Source: Nitrospira sp.
Lineage (GTDB): Bacteria > Nitrospirota > Nitrospiria > Nitrospirales > Nitrospiraceae
Reading direction: 5' to 3'
Length of the DNA stretch: 64,000 nucleotides
NCBI GenBank assembly: GCA_030653545.1
Contig: JAURZE010000028.1
Span: 24,607 to 88,606, forward strand
Below the pieces are notes generated by a model that searched no databases, had not been told where the DNA came from, and saw only the letters and a list, made by a program, of their open reading frames with translations. This document shows positions 25,252-33,468 of this stretch, piece after piece; positions within the stretch are counted from its first letter, which is position 1, and each line of letters starts with the position of its first letter. A program made the translations under genes and the position numbers.

Positions 25252-25806
25252 TCAGCCCCCCGATCTACCGGGCAAGGCCGCACGGGCTGCACCGCGTGTT
25301 GCGCGGGAGCTGAAAGACACGGGCACTCCCAAGATCCAAGGGTCCTTTTGCTCTAACATTTGACGCCGCCGTAACACATGCTGCGCCAGATGGTCCCAGT
25401 CCAGTTGAGCCCGTTCTGCTCGGGGAAATATTTTCGCCTCTTCCTCATTGATATGTCGTGTGACATGCTCGCTGAGGACCCGAAACTTGGCATTGTACCG
25501 CTCGTTCTCCGGGTCCATATACTTGATCTCTTTGATCAATACACCAAGGAGATGATGTTCCTCGAAGGCTTCGTTCATAAGATCGCGAGTGTCTATATAT
25601 TGCTGCCACGCAGGGTAAATCAGCTCCTCTTCGAGGGTTGCATGGACCTCTAGTGCTGCGATCGCTTCCGTCACGATGGTGCGCTTCTCATTGGCACTCG
25701 GTGTTTCATTGAACTGATGGAACAGCTGCGCGATTTTCTGGTGATCTTCGCGGAGCATCAACGTGATAATGGTCACCTTGGCATCCGCATCAGTATGATT
25801 AGCCAT
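25252..25806 (-). CDS. Hemerythrin-like HHE cation-binding domain protein
   Basis: Metal-ligand spacing of H/E residues: LREDHQKI...LEVHATLEEELIYP...FEEHH...LSEHVTRHINEEE. Confidence 0.8.
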   Translation of the reverse strand: MANHTDADAKVTIITLMLREDHQKIAQLFHQFNETPSANEKRTIVTEAIAALEVHATLEEELIYPAWQQYIDTRDLMNEAFEEHHLLGVLIKEIKYMDPENERYNAKFRVLSEHVTRHINEEEAKIFPRAERAQLDWDHLAQHVLRRRQMLEQKDPWILGVPVSFSSRATRGAARAALPGRSGG

Positions 25807-25892
25807 AGGCCTCCTCCTGTCCGGTTACGGAATCGACAATCGGTGCAAGACTACTTACCGCGGAGCCTCGCATGACTCCGCGCCATCGGCTA

Positions 25893-25908
25893 CTAGGAAT
25901 TCCCCGAG
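25893..25908 (-). promoter_or_regulatory. Degenerate copy of the CTAGGG-N4-CCCTAG palindrome
   Basis: CTAGGAATTCCCCGAG matches 14/16 to the reverse complement of site 8872-8887. The adjacent GAGTCCCAGGAATCC resembles the box flank. It lies about 87-102 nt upstream of ATG 25806. Confidence 0.25.
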
Positions 25909-25942
25909 TCCCAGGAATCCGCGCGAAACGATCGAACCGCGT

Positions 25943-27086
25943 TCACAAAGTTTTTCCGGTCAATTCATGAAGCACTCGAGGATCGTCGCGGGGATTCGTC
26001 ACGCCGTCGATGATCACAATGTCCTCTTGCAGCTGATAGTCGTCCCGATAGATCGTAAACGTTTCGAGCACAAGGGCGAGAATCAGAGGGCCGAGAAACA
26101 GACCAAGGAATCCAAAATAGGCGAGCCCCCCGAACGATGCTAAGAACAGGGGGAGCACCGGAAGGCGAGCGTGTCCACCCACCAGGAGCGGCTGCAGCAG
26201 GTTGTCCATGAGGCCGACCAGGCCGACTCCGACGCCGATCAGGATGAGGCCTTTGGTCACGGCGCCGCTGAGTAAGAGATACAGTGAGACCGGCCCCCAG
26301 ACCAGGGCCGTCCCCCCGACAGGCAACAACGAGAGGAGGCCGGACAAGGCGCCCAAAAATACGGCGAAAGGCACGTCCAATAGAGCGTAGGCCGCCCCAG
26401 CCGTCACACCCTGGGCAACGGCGGTCAACAGAGTCCCTCTTACGACGGCCTTGATCGTCGTATTGAGCCGCTCGAAGATCTTCACTTTGTGCTCACGTTC
26501 CATGGGAAGCGCACGGACAATCGTGTCGGACAATTGAGGGCCGTCGCGAAATACGAAGAAAAGCGTGAAGAGCATGACGAGAAAGTCCGTGCCCAGGAGC
26601 AGCGCATTTTTGGCAAAATCCACCCCTTGGGAAAGCAGAAACGCGCTGACTGCCTTCCCGCCCTCCAGGAGGGACGACTCGATCTGGCCGCTGCCGGTCA
26701 CGACGAGATGGCCCACCAGCTCCTGGCTCACCCCGCCCACCCCGGGGATTCTGGCCAACACAGCCCCCACGTCTTTGAGATGCCCTTCTTTCAGCCATTC
26801 TGAAGCCAGCTGATACGCCTCTGCCTTGCTGGCCGGCGAGGATCATCCCGTACACGGCTGGCAGGACCGCCATAAGGAAGACCCCCGCGGTCATGATTCC
26901 CGCGGCAATATTTTCGCGCCGGCCGGTGCGTCCCAATAGCCGGACGTATACGGGATAGGTCGTAGTTGCCAGGATCAGAGCCCAGAAAATCGGTGAGAAG
27001 AACGGACGCAGAATGAATCCCAGCTCCCACAGGAGCAGGAGAAACAGCAGCAGAAAAGTCCCTGTGAACAGCTGTCGTTTAGACAT
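25943..27086 (-). pseudogene. AI-2E family (PerM/YhhT-like) transporter, interrupted by an apparent +1 frameshift
   Basis: The N-terminal ~85 aa (MSKRQLFTGTFLLL...LPAVYGMILA) lie in the frame of ORF 26493..27095. The remainder (SKAEAYQLASEWLKEGHLKDVGAVLARIPGVGG...) lies in the frame of ORF 25943..26770. The switch falls within ~26825-26845, at the GGCCGGC run. Confidence 0.7.
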
Positions 27087-27158
27087 GGGGCTCAAAACCG
27101 GTAAGCCAATCGAGGAAGCGGACTCACTTCGTCAGACTACGGTAACGGGTCCCAGGTT

Positions 27159-27581
27159 CTAAATTGAGGTCCAGCGCATACACACCCGCTCTGCCATCCC
27201 CTTCAGATCGTCCACGACTGTTCGCACGGCCCGGAAGGGAACGAGGCGAACGGACTTGGCGACACGCAGCCCCGCGGCCATCAGTCCCCACGCCCCTCCT
27301 AAGGCCACGACGCTCACAATTCCGGCACAGGCCCATGCAGGCAGGCCCGTAAACTCCACAAGCATCAGCACCGCGGCCGCGGCCACCACGACCGATCCGG
27401 TCAGAGCGAGTCCTGCGGCCATCCCGAACCACACAACCGCCTTGAGGATTTTTCCGATCTCGTACTGCACCTCGTGTTGCGCCAAGACCATTTCCTGCCG
27501 CACGAGAGTACGAAGATCTCCGAAGAGTCCCACCACCGCTGTTTCAACCCACGATCGACCTCTGTCCTGTGCTTGTGCCAT
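27159..27581 (-). CDS. YqjE/DUF1469 (holin-superfamily-like) membrane protein
   Basis: Two long TM helices after the N-terminal LVRQEMVLAQHEV motif. The stress-cluster context with DUF883 mirrors the E. coli yqjDEK arrangement. Confidence 0.6.
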   Translation of the reverse strand: MAQAQDRGRSWVETAVVGLFGDLRTLVRQEMVLAQHEVQYEIGKILKAVVWFGMAAGLALTGSVVVAAAAVLMLVEFTGLPAWACAGIVSVVALGGAWGLMAAGLRVAKSVRLVPFRAVRTVVDDLKGMAERVCMRWTSI

Positions 27582-27812
27582 CGTTATTTCGCCTTGTTTC
27601 GACAGGAACCACTCCCCATAAACCCCGGCAAAGATGCGCGAGCAGGTATCGGCCGCCGTCTCATGTGCATCTGGGGGAAACGCTTCAATCTTTGGTATGA
27701 GTCAGGACCTTTCTCCCGCGTCCCTTTGCAGTCATCGGATTGGTTCCGCCTTTCCGCCTCAGATTACTCATCGGGTAGGGAATACTTATCCGGCGTGATG
27801 TCCTGCGGGTCA

Positions 27813-27839
27813 GGCGCCGGCGATACTATCGCCGGCGCC
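27813..27839 (-). terminator. Perfect 12-bp hairpin downstream of the BON gene
   Basis: GGCGCCGGCGAT-ACT-ATCGCCGGCGCC. No clear U-tract. Confidence 0.4.
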
Positions 27840-27856
27840 CGCTCACGATCCTCCTA

Positions 27857-28180
27857 TTAAGGATTGCTCATAGACAAAGACTGAATTGACAAATTATTGT
27901 TTACATTCCTGACTCCGTTGACTTGGCGCGCGAGGTCATCCACGCGCGACTTCTCCTCGACGGAACGGACGGTCCCGGTCAACGTGACCACGCTCCGCTC
28001 AGTGTCCACATTGATACGCGAAAAATTAGATAATTTATCGCCGGTTAACTTTCCCTGCACAGCCGCAGTAATCCCAGCATCGTCAATATTCTGGCCGGCC
28101 GTTTTCCCGGTCATGGACTCGCAGCCCGTGAGAACCATGAGACTGAGACCGACAATCGTCCCTATTACAGCGTGATACAT
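27857..28180 (-). CDS. BON-domain lipoprotein (OsmY-like)
   Basis: Lipobox LVLTGC, then DAGITAAVQGKL...VDTERSVVTLTGTV...ARQVNGVRNVNNNL. Confidence 0.85.
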   Translation of the reverse strand: MYHAVIGTIVGLSLMVLTGCESMTGKTAGQNIDDAGITAAVQGKLTGDKLSNFSRINVDTERSVVTLTGTVRSVEEKSRVDDLARQVNGVRNVNNNLSIQSLSMSNP

Positions 28181-28236
28181 GACACACCTCCTCCTGTTGA
28201 AAGCGCCAAGGTTCTATGACACAGTCGCTCACGCAG

Positions 28237-28572
28237 CTACCTATGCTGTGACGCGAGTTCGTCCTGCGTATCTCTGACTGCCTTCGTCCCAGCCTCGGTA
28301 TAGCTCTTCACCTGGCGGCCGGCTTCACGCAGCGATTCTTTTCCCTTCTCCACGACCTGGTGACCGCGCTCCATCGCGCCGTCATACGCTTCCGTTCCTT
28401 GATCGATGGCCTCGTCCAGCTGATCCTTGGCGCGCGACGCATAATCGCGCAGAAGCCCTCGCATCTCTGCACCTGACCGGGGTGCTAGAAGCAGCGCAAT
28501 TCCTGCTCCCAGTAGAGTCCCGGCGATAAATACCGATAAGGTTCCTGATTCCTGCGCGTCTGATGATCCCAT
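28237..28572 (-). CDS. YtxH-domain general stress protein
   Basis: Start at MGSSDAQ, with TM FIAGTLLGAGIALLLAPRSGAEMR and a helical tail. Confidence 0.75.
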   Translation of the reverse strand: MGSSDAQESGTLSVFIAGTLLGAGIALLLAPRSGAEMRGLLRDYASRAKDQLDEAIDQGTEAYDGAMERGHQVVEKGKESLREAGRQVKSYTEAGTKAVRDTQDELASQHR

Positions 28573-28869
28573 GGTTCCTACCCCTTTCATACATACCGGT
28601 TGTGCGGGTGTCTCCCCGACCGTTGCCGATGACTGAACCCCTTCTACTGCCCCTGCGTGCCCGAAGCCTTGATGGTGTCGCGCCATTCAAACCGACGCTA
28701 GTCTCCGAATACCCGCGATCGCCCGAGCGCTCATTCTTGTATTGTGGTTATACCTGCCGCTTGCATGGATCTTGACTAGGAAGCACCCCAGCCCCTGAAC
28801 AATTGAACCCTTGGCCTCATAGCGGAGGCGGGCGAAGGAGGGGGAACGCGCCGTCGAAACGACCTGTCT

Positions 28870-29242
28870 CCAGCGGTTCGTAAGGCTGCGCCCGGTAGGT
28901 GCGCCGGGCCTCCGCAGTAACGATGGTCTGATCTTCCAGAGTCGGCTGTTTCGGCAGGCCCGTCGAGAACACCGGCTACAGCAGGAATGCATCACACCGT
29001 ATACGCCGGAGCAGAATGGGATGATCGAACGGTTCTTTCGAAGCCTCAAAGAAGAGTGTGTCTGGCAACATAGGTTTCAGACGTTTGAGGAGGCGCGACG
29101 GACAATCGCGACTCTGGATCCAATGGGTACAGCGCGAGGAAGACTCACAGTGCCCTCGGCTACAAGAGGCTGGCCCAATACCGGCTTAGCAATCACTCCA
29201 GGAGGCTTGATTTCAGGGGAGCACTACGTGCGTTTCAACTGA
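28870..29242 (+). mobile_element. Remnant of a DDE (rve) transposase C-terminus, 5'-truncated and frameshifted
   Basis: Reads ...SNDGLIFQSRLFRQARREHRLQQECITPYTPEQNGMIERFFRSLKEECVWQHRFQTFEEARRTIA. The expected ...HSALGYKRLAQYR continues in another frame. No N-terminal half and no inverted repeats were identified. Confidence 0.7.
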
Positions 29243-29523
29243 CTTTCTTATTTCATATTCATTCTCCCACTTCCTTGACTCGCAGATGGTCAGAATAGAG
29301 TTATTCACGTCTCTTATTGCCAAGCTTCAAACGTTATTCCTGAATCTCAGACATTTCTACTGCGACCATACGCCGACACAGTCCCTCATCATCACGAACA
29401 TTCAACCAAAGATTAGACACTTTTAACTACCGGTTAACATGGGATTAATCTGCGGATGTTAAGTTTCCTCCCGAGCATTGATCGCACTCTCGTACTCGTC
29501 GGTATCAAGAGGAGGATAGATTG

Positions 29524-29694
29524 ATGAATTGTCAAAAGTGCAAAGGGTTGATGATCGAGGAACAGCGACCGGAACTCGCACCTAAATCGGTCGTACATCG
29601 ATGCATCAATTGCGGATTGGTCTTGGATCCATTGATTCAGCAGAATCGCCTCAGCAGCCGACCGAGAAAAGACTCGTTCATGCGGGCTGCGTGA
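29524..29694 (+). CDS. Small zinc-ribbon protein (56 aa), paralogue of 23045-23275
   Basis: Below the ORF-track cutoff. GAGGAGG lies 8 nt upstream of the ATG. Translation: MNCQKCKGLMIEEQRPELAPKSVVHRCINCGLVLDPLIQQNR... Confidence 0.45.
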   Translation: MNCQKCKGLMIEEQRPELAPKSVVHRCINCGLVLDPLIQQNRLSSRPRKDSFMRAA

Positions 29695-29782
29695 GACTCA
29701 AGCTGTTGATCTGCTCCCATCCGGAGGTAGGGAGGACTTGCCCTGCTACCGGATCGGGCGGGTGTGGACGTCGCGCATGTGG

Positions 29783-30556
29783 TTAGACCGAAAACTCTGC
29801 CCAGAGAAACGTATGATCTGATGGGTCTTTCGCTCGCCGCGGCTCGACGTCCACGTCAACCCTCGTGCACTTCTCCACCAGCGGTGCCGTCGCCAGGATA
29901 TGATCGATGCGCCAGCCTTTATTCGCCTCTAACGAACTCGGCGCCCGATAATCCCAAAACGTATATTGCTGCCGGTCCGGATACAGCTTCACAAACACGT
30001 CCTGAAATCCCCACGCCAGTGTTCGCTCGTAGGCCTTCCGCGCATCCTCGTGATAACAGACATGCTTGAGGTGCTTCTCCGGACTGTGCACATCCATGGG
30101 ACGAGGCGCCACGTTCATGTCGCCGCACCAGATGGCCGGCTCGCCGGGAGACAGATGTTTCTCGAAGTACTTTCTCAGCCGGTCATACCACCCCAGCTTG
30201 TATTGATACTTGGGCGAATCGATTTCAAAGCCCTGAGGCACGTACGTATTGACGATCGGAATTCCGTCGATCACGACTCTGAGCAGCCGGGCATCCTCCG
30301 ATTCACCGCCATCGTCGAATCCATGGAACACCGCCTCCGGCTGCTTCCGGCTCAAGATGGCCACGCCGTTGTACGATTTCATCCCACGAAACGTGATGTG
30401 ATAACCAGAGGGGGCCAGACCCAACAACGGGAACTCGCTGTCCTGCACTTTGGTTTCTTGGAGGCACAAGACATCAGGCTTCTGCTGGGCAAGCCAATCC
30501 AACACGATCGGAAGCCGTTTGCGGAGCGAGTTGACGTTGAACGTTGCGATTTTCAT
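29783..30556 (-). CDS. xthA: Exodeoxyribonuclease III
   Basis: MKIATFNVNSLRKR...LCLQETK...WCGDMNVAP...WRIDHIL motifs. Confidence 0.9.
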   Translation of the reverse strand: MKIATFNVNSLRKRLPIVLDWLAQQKPDVLCLQETKVQDSEFPLLGLAPSGYHITFRGMKSYNGVAILSRKQPEAVFHGFDDGGESEDARLLRVVIDGIPIVNTYVPQGFEIDSPKYQYKLGWYDRLRKYFEKHLSPGEPAIWCGDMNVAPRPMDVHSPEKHLKHVCYHEDARKAYERTLAWGFQDVFVKLYPDRQQYTFWDYRAPSSLEANKGWRIDHILATAPLVEKCTRVDVDVEPRRAKDPSDHTFLWAEFSV

Positions 30557-30748
30557 AGTAGGGGTCAATTGACCGGCGAGGATGCTAGCAGAAGCACGAA
30601 GAGGGAACAAGCTGGACAGATCGAAACTTGTTTATCAGAAGATGAAGGAGACTTGCTCTCCGGCAGGCCATACCGTGCCGTGTCGCATAAACACAACGGC
30701 CTCTGGCAATCTGCCAGAGGCCGTTCCAACTAGGCTCCAAGGAAGGAG

Positions 30749-31162
30749 TTATTTCCCCATCGCGCCGACAGCATCCTTCATCTCCTGCCCGGCGGCTTTG
30801 GCATCGCTGCCCATCTGCTGACCAGCCGCTTTCATATCTTGCGCTTGGGTTTGCACCGCATCGCCTTGTCCTTTGACTTCTTCCTTCTTCGCCTTCATCT
30901 TATCTTTCATAGCGGCCCGCTTGGCCTTGGCCTCTTCGCGATGGGCCTTCATCTTGTTCTTCATTTCCTCTTTTTTGGCCTTCATATCAGCTTTCATCTG
31001 ATCCTTGTCGGCCTTCATCTTCTCGGGAGCCGCTTTCACATCGGCCTTTATCTGGCCCTTCATCGCTCCCATTTCACTCATCATCGCATCGTCAGCCAGC
31101 GCCAATGAACCGGCACCGACCAGATACACTGCCGCGATTGCAGCCAATACTATCTTTTGCAT
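30749..31162 (-). CDS. Secreted Met/Lys-rich low-complexity protein
   Basis: Signal peptide MQKIVLAAIAAVYLVGAGSLALA. The mature ~113 aa carry 15 Met, mostly in x-M-K contexts (KMKADKDQMKADMKAKKEEMKNKMKA). Confidence 0.6.
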   Translation of the reverse strand: MQKIVLAAIAAVYLVGAGSLALADDAMMSEMGAMKGQIKADVKAAPEKMKADKDQMKADMKAKKEEMKNKMKAHREEAKAKRAAMKDKMKAKKEEVKGQGDAVQTQAQDMKAAGQQMGSDAKAAGQEMKDAVGAMGK

Positions 31163-31289
31163 AATGCTTCTCCTCTATATACGAATAAGTGGACAAACAG
31201 AAATTCCCTAGGCGCGGTTTCTCGCATCCTGCCCCGAAACGAGACTGGCGTCAAATACGTCCAGCACGAACGCTTCTCAGACCGCTTGA

Positions 31290-32207
31290 TCATCGTCCCT
31301 CCGACGCCACATGCTTCAGGCCTGGTATCTTCAGTGCCCGCACGGCATCTGAAACCGCATCAACCACTTGAGGACGAGTAAATCCTCTCCGCCAGGCCAA
31401 TCCGATCCGCCGGCCTGGGACCGGCTTCGCCAAATCGATCGCAACCAGCCGCTTGTTCTCGTGTTTCGTTGTCAACGCGCTGCACGGCAACACGGTAATC
31501 CCCAGTCCTGAGGCAACCATTTGGCGAATCGTCTCCAGAGAGTTCCCTTGCCATCCCTCAGCATCGGATCGGCTCAGCTCGGGACAAGCATCCAGCACTT
31601 GCTGCCGGAAGCAATGCCCGGCATGCGGCAAGATGACTTTCTCCGCCCCCAGTTGGCGCGAATCGATTGACTTCTTTTTCTGCCACGGATGGCCGACAGG
31701 GACGAGGGCTTTAAACGGTTCATCATACAAGGCCCGCGTGACGATTCCGGACTCCTCCAACGGCAGCGCGATCATAATCACATCGAGCTTCCCGCTCTTC
31801 AGCATGGCCACCAGATGAAGTGTCAAATTTTCTTCGATCTCCAGCGGCATCAGTGGGGCACGCTTGTTCAGCAGAGGGACAAGATCCGGCAGGACGTAGG
31901 GTCCGACCGTCGCAATGGCACCGAAACGGAGCGGGCCGACCAGCTGATCTTTCCCCTGAGCGGCAATCACTCGAATCTGATCGGCTTCTTCCAACACGCG
32001 CTGGGCTTGCTGAACAATTCGCTCACCCAAGACAGTCAACGTGATGTGATGCTTGCGCCGCTCAAAGATCATCGTCCCGAGCTCGTCCTCCAGCTTCTGG
32101 ATCGCCAAGCTCAGAGCAGGTTGGCTCACGCAGCATCGTTCGGAAGCGCGGCCAAAATGCCGATCCTGAGCCAGCGCGACAAGATAGCGAAGTTCCGTGA
32201 ACGTCAT
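31290..32207 (-). CDS. oxyR: LysR-family peroxide sensor OxyR
   Basis: wHTH N-terminus, and GHCFRQQVLDAC...LETIRQMVASGLGITVLP matching the OxyR redox Cys pair region. Divergent from the peroxidase gene. Confidence 0.85.
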   Translation of the reverse strand: MTFTELRYLVALAQDRHFGRASERCCVSQPALSLAIQKLEDELGTMIFERRKHHITLTVLGERIVQQAQRVLEEADQIRVIAAQGKDQLVGPLRFGAIATVGPYVLPDLVPLLNKRAPLMPLEIEENLTLHLVAMLKSGKLDVIMIALPLEESGIVTRALYDEPFKALVPVGHPWQKKKSIDSRQLGAEKVILPHAGHCFRQQVLDACPELSRSDAEGWQGNSLETIRQMVASGLGITVLPCSALTTKHENKRLVAIDLAKPVPGRRIGLAWRRGFTRPQVVDAVSDAVRALKIPGLKHVASEGR

Positions 32208-32324
32208 AGCCTTCCTTCGATCGATAAGAATTATAAATCGATACCCTCAATATAATCAATTGGACTAATTTATAGCCATGACCTAGGATTCAAGTAGTCG
32301 CTCATTCACGAAAGGAGTCTCCTC
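32208..32324. promoter_or_regulatory. AT-rich divergent oxyR / peroxidase control region
   Basis: Direct ATCGATA repeats at 32220-32226 and 32237-32243, and TTATAAAT / TATAAT-like elements. This is typical LysR T-N11-A-rich DNA. Confidence 0.4.
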
Positions 32325-33398
32325 ATGAACAAACACACATCGTATTTCTCTTTGTTCGTTGTTTCGTTCCTGGCACTCAGCGGGGTCGGAGGGTCGGGGG
32401 TGTCGCAGTTCGCCCACGCTGAAGCCGGACCCGGTTCTGGCACGGATTACAAACTCCCTCAGATCCAAGGCTTGGAGGATCCCAACACCTTTGTACCGGC
32501 GGACAACCCTCTGACCGCTAAGAAAGTCGAATTGGGCCGCCTACTGTTTTTCGACAAGCGCCTTTCGAAAAACGACACGATCGCCTGCGCCAGCTGCCAC
32601 CTGCCAGGCAACGGCTTCACCGACGGCAAAGCCGTTTCGACCGGCATCAACGGATTGAAAGGCGGGCGTAGCGCACCCTCTTCCTTCAACCGGGTATTTA
32701 GCAAGGCACAATTCTGGGATGGCCGTGCCGAAACACTTGAGGAGCAATCCATCGGGCCGTTCGTCAGCCCGGTCGAGCATGGGTTCAACAACCATGACGA
32801 AATGATCGTAAAGATGAAGAAGATCCCGGGATACCGAAAACTCTTTCAAGAAGTATTCGGCCGCGAGATCGTGATCGAGGATGTGGGTAAGGCCATCGCG
32901 AGTTTCCAACGGACCAAACTGTCCGGCAACAGCGCCCTGGATAAGTTCGATGTCGGCGGAGACGAGAAGGCCTTGTCGGAATCGGCGAAGCGCGGATTAG
33001 AACTGTTCCGCGGCAAAGCCCGTTGCACTCGCTGCCATTCTGGCTTCAACTTCACGGACGAGAAATTCCATAATCTTGGCATCGGCTGGGACACCAACAC
33101 CGTGGATCTCGGCCGCTATATGGTCACGAAGAATCCGGAAGACATCGGCGCCTTCAAGACACCGACGCTGCGGGAGATCGCGAGAACAGCCCCCTATATG
33201 CACGATGGGCGGTTCAAGACGCTGGAAGACGTGGTGCAGTTTTATAACCAGGGGGGCATCAAGAACCCGCATCAGGACAACACGATCATTCCACTCGAAC
33301 TGACCGAGCAGGAACAACAGGATATCGTGGCGTTACTGAAATCACTGAACGGCGAAGGCTGGCAGCAGGTCACGGCCCCGAAGACATTCCCGAAGTAA
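32325..33398 (+). CDS. Di-heme cytochrome c peroxidase (CCP/MauG family)
   Basis: Signal peptide and two CxxCH motifs (CASCH, CTRCH), plus ...FKTPTLREIARTAPYMHDG. Confidence 0.9.
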   Translation: MNKHTSYFSLFVVSFLALSGVGGSGVSQFAHAEAGPGSGTDYKLPQIQGLEDPNTFVPADNPLTAKKVELGRLLFFDKRLSKNDTIACASCHLPGNGFTDGKAVSTGINGLKGGRSAPSSFNRVFSKAQFWDGRAETLEEQSIGPFVSPVEHGFNNHDEMIVKMKKIPGYRKLFQEVFGREIVIEDVGKAIASFQRTKLSGNSALDKFDVGGDEKALSESAKRGLELFRGKARCTRCHSGFNFTDEKFHNLGIGWDTNTVDLGRYMVTKNPEDIGAFKTPTLREIARTAPYMHDGRFKTLEDVVQFYNQGGIKNPHQDNTIIPLELTEQEQQDIVALLKSLNGEGWQQVTAPKTFPK

Positions 33399-33420
33399 CT
33401 CTTGGCGTACGGCAGTTCCG

Positions 33421-33456
33421 GAAGGGCCTCGCGATGTTTCATCGACGGGGCCCTTC
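33421..33456. terminator. Hairpin between convergent genes
   Basis: GAAGGGCC...GGCCCTTC outer stem with an inner CGATG/CATCG, followed by T-rich sequence. Confidence 0.4.
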
Positions 33457-33468
33457 TATTGCTTCAAG

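Noticed and set aside
26493-26830. Continuation of ORF 26493..27095 as a real 200-aa protein
   Set aside because: After ...VYGMILAG the translation becomes Arg/Gly/Pro junk, while the overlapping frame gives perfect AI-2E transporter sequence. It is interpreted as a frameshifted gene.
28687-29049. 120-aa minus-strand ORF
   Set aside because: It is antisense to the transposase remnant, and its translation has no features.
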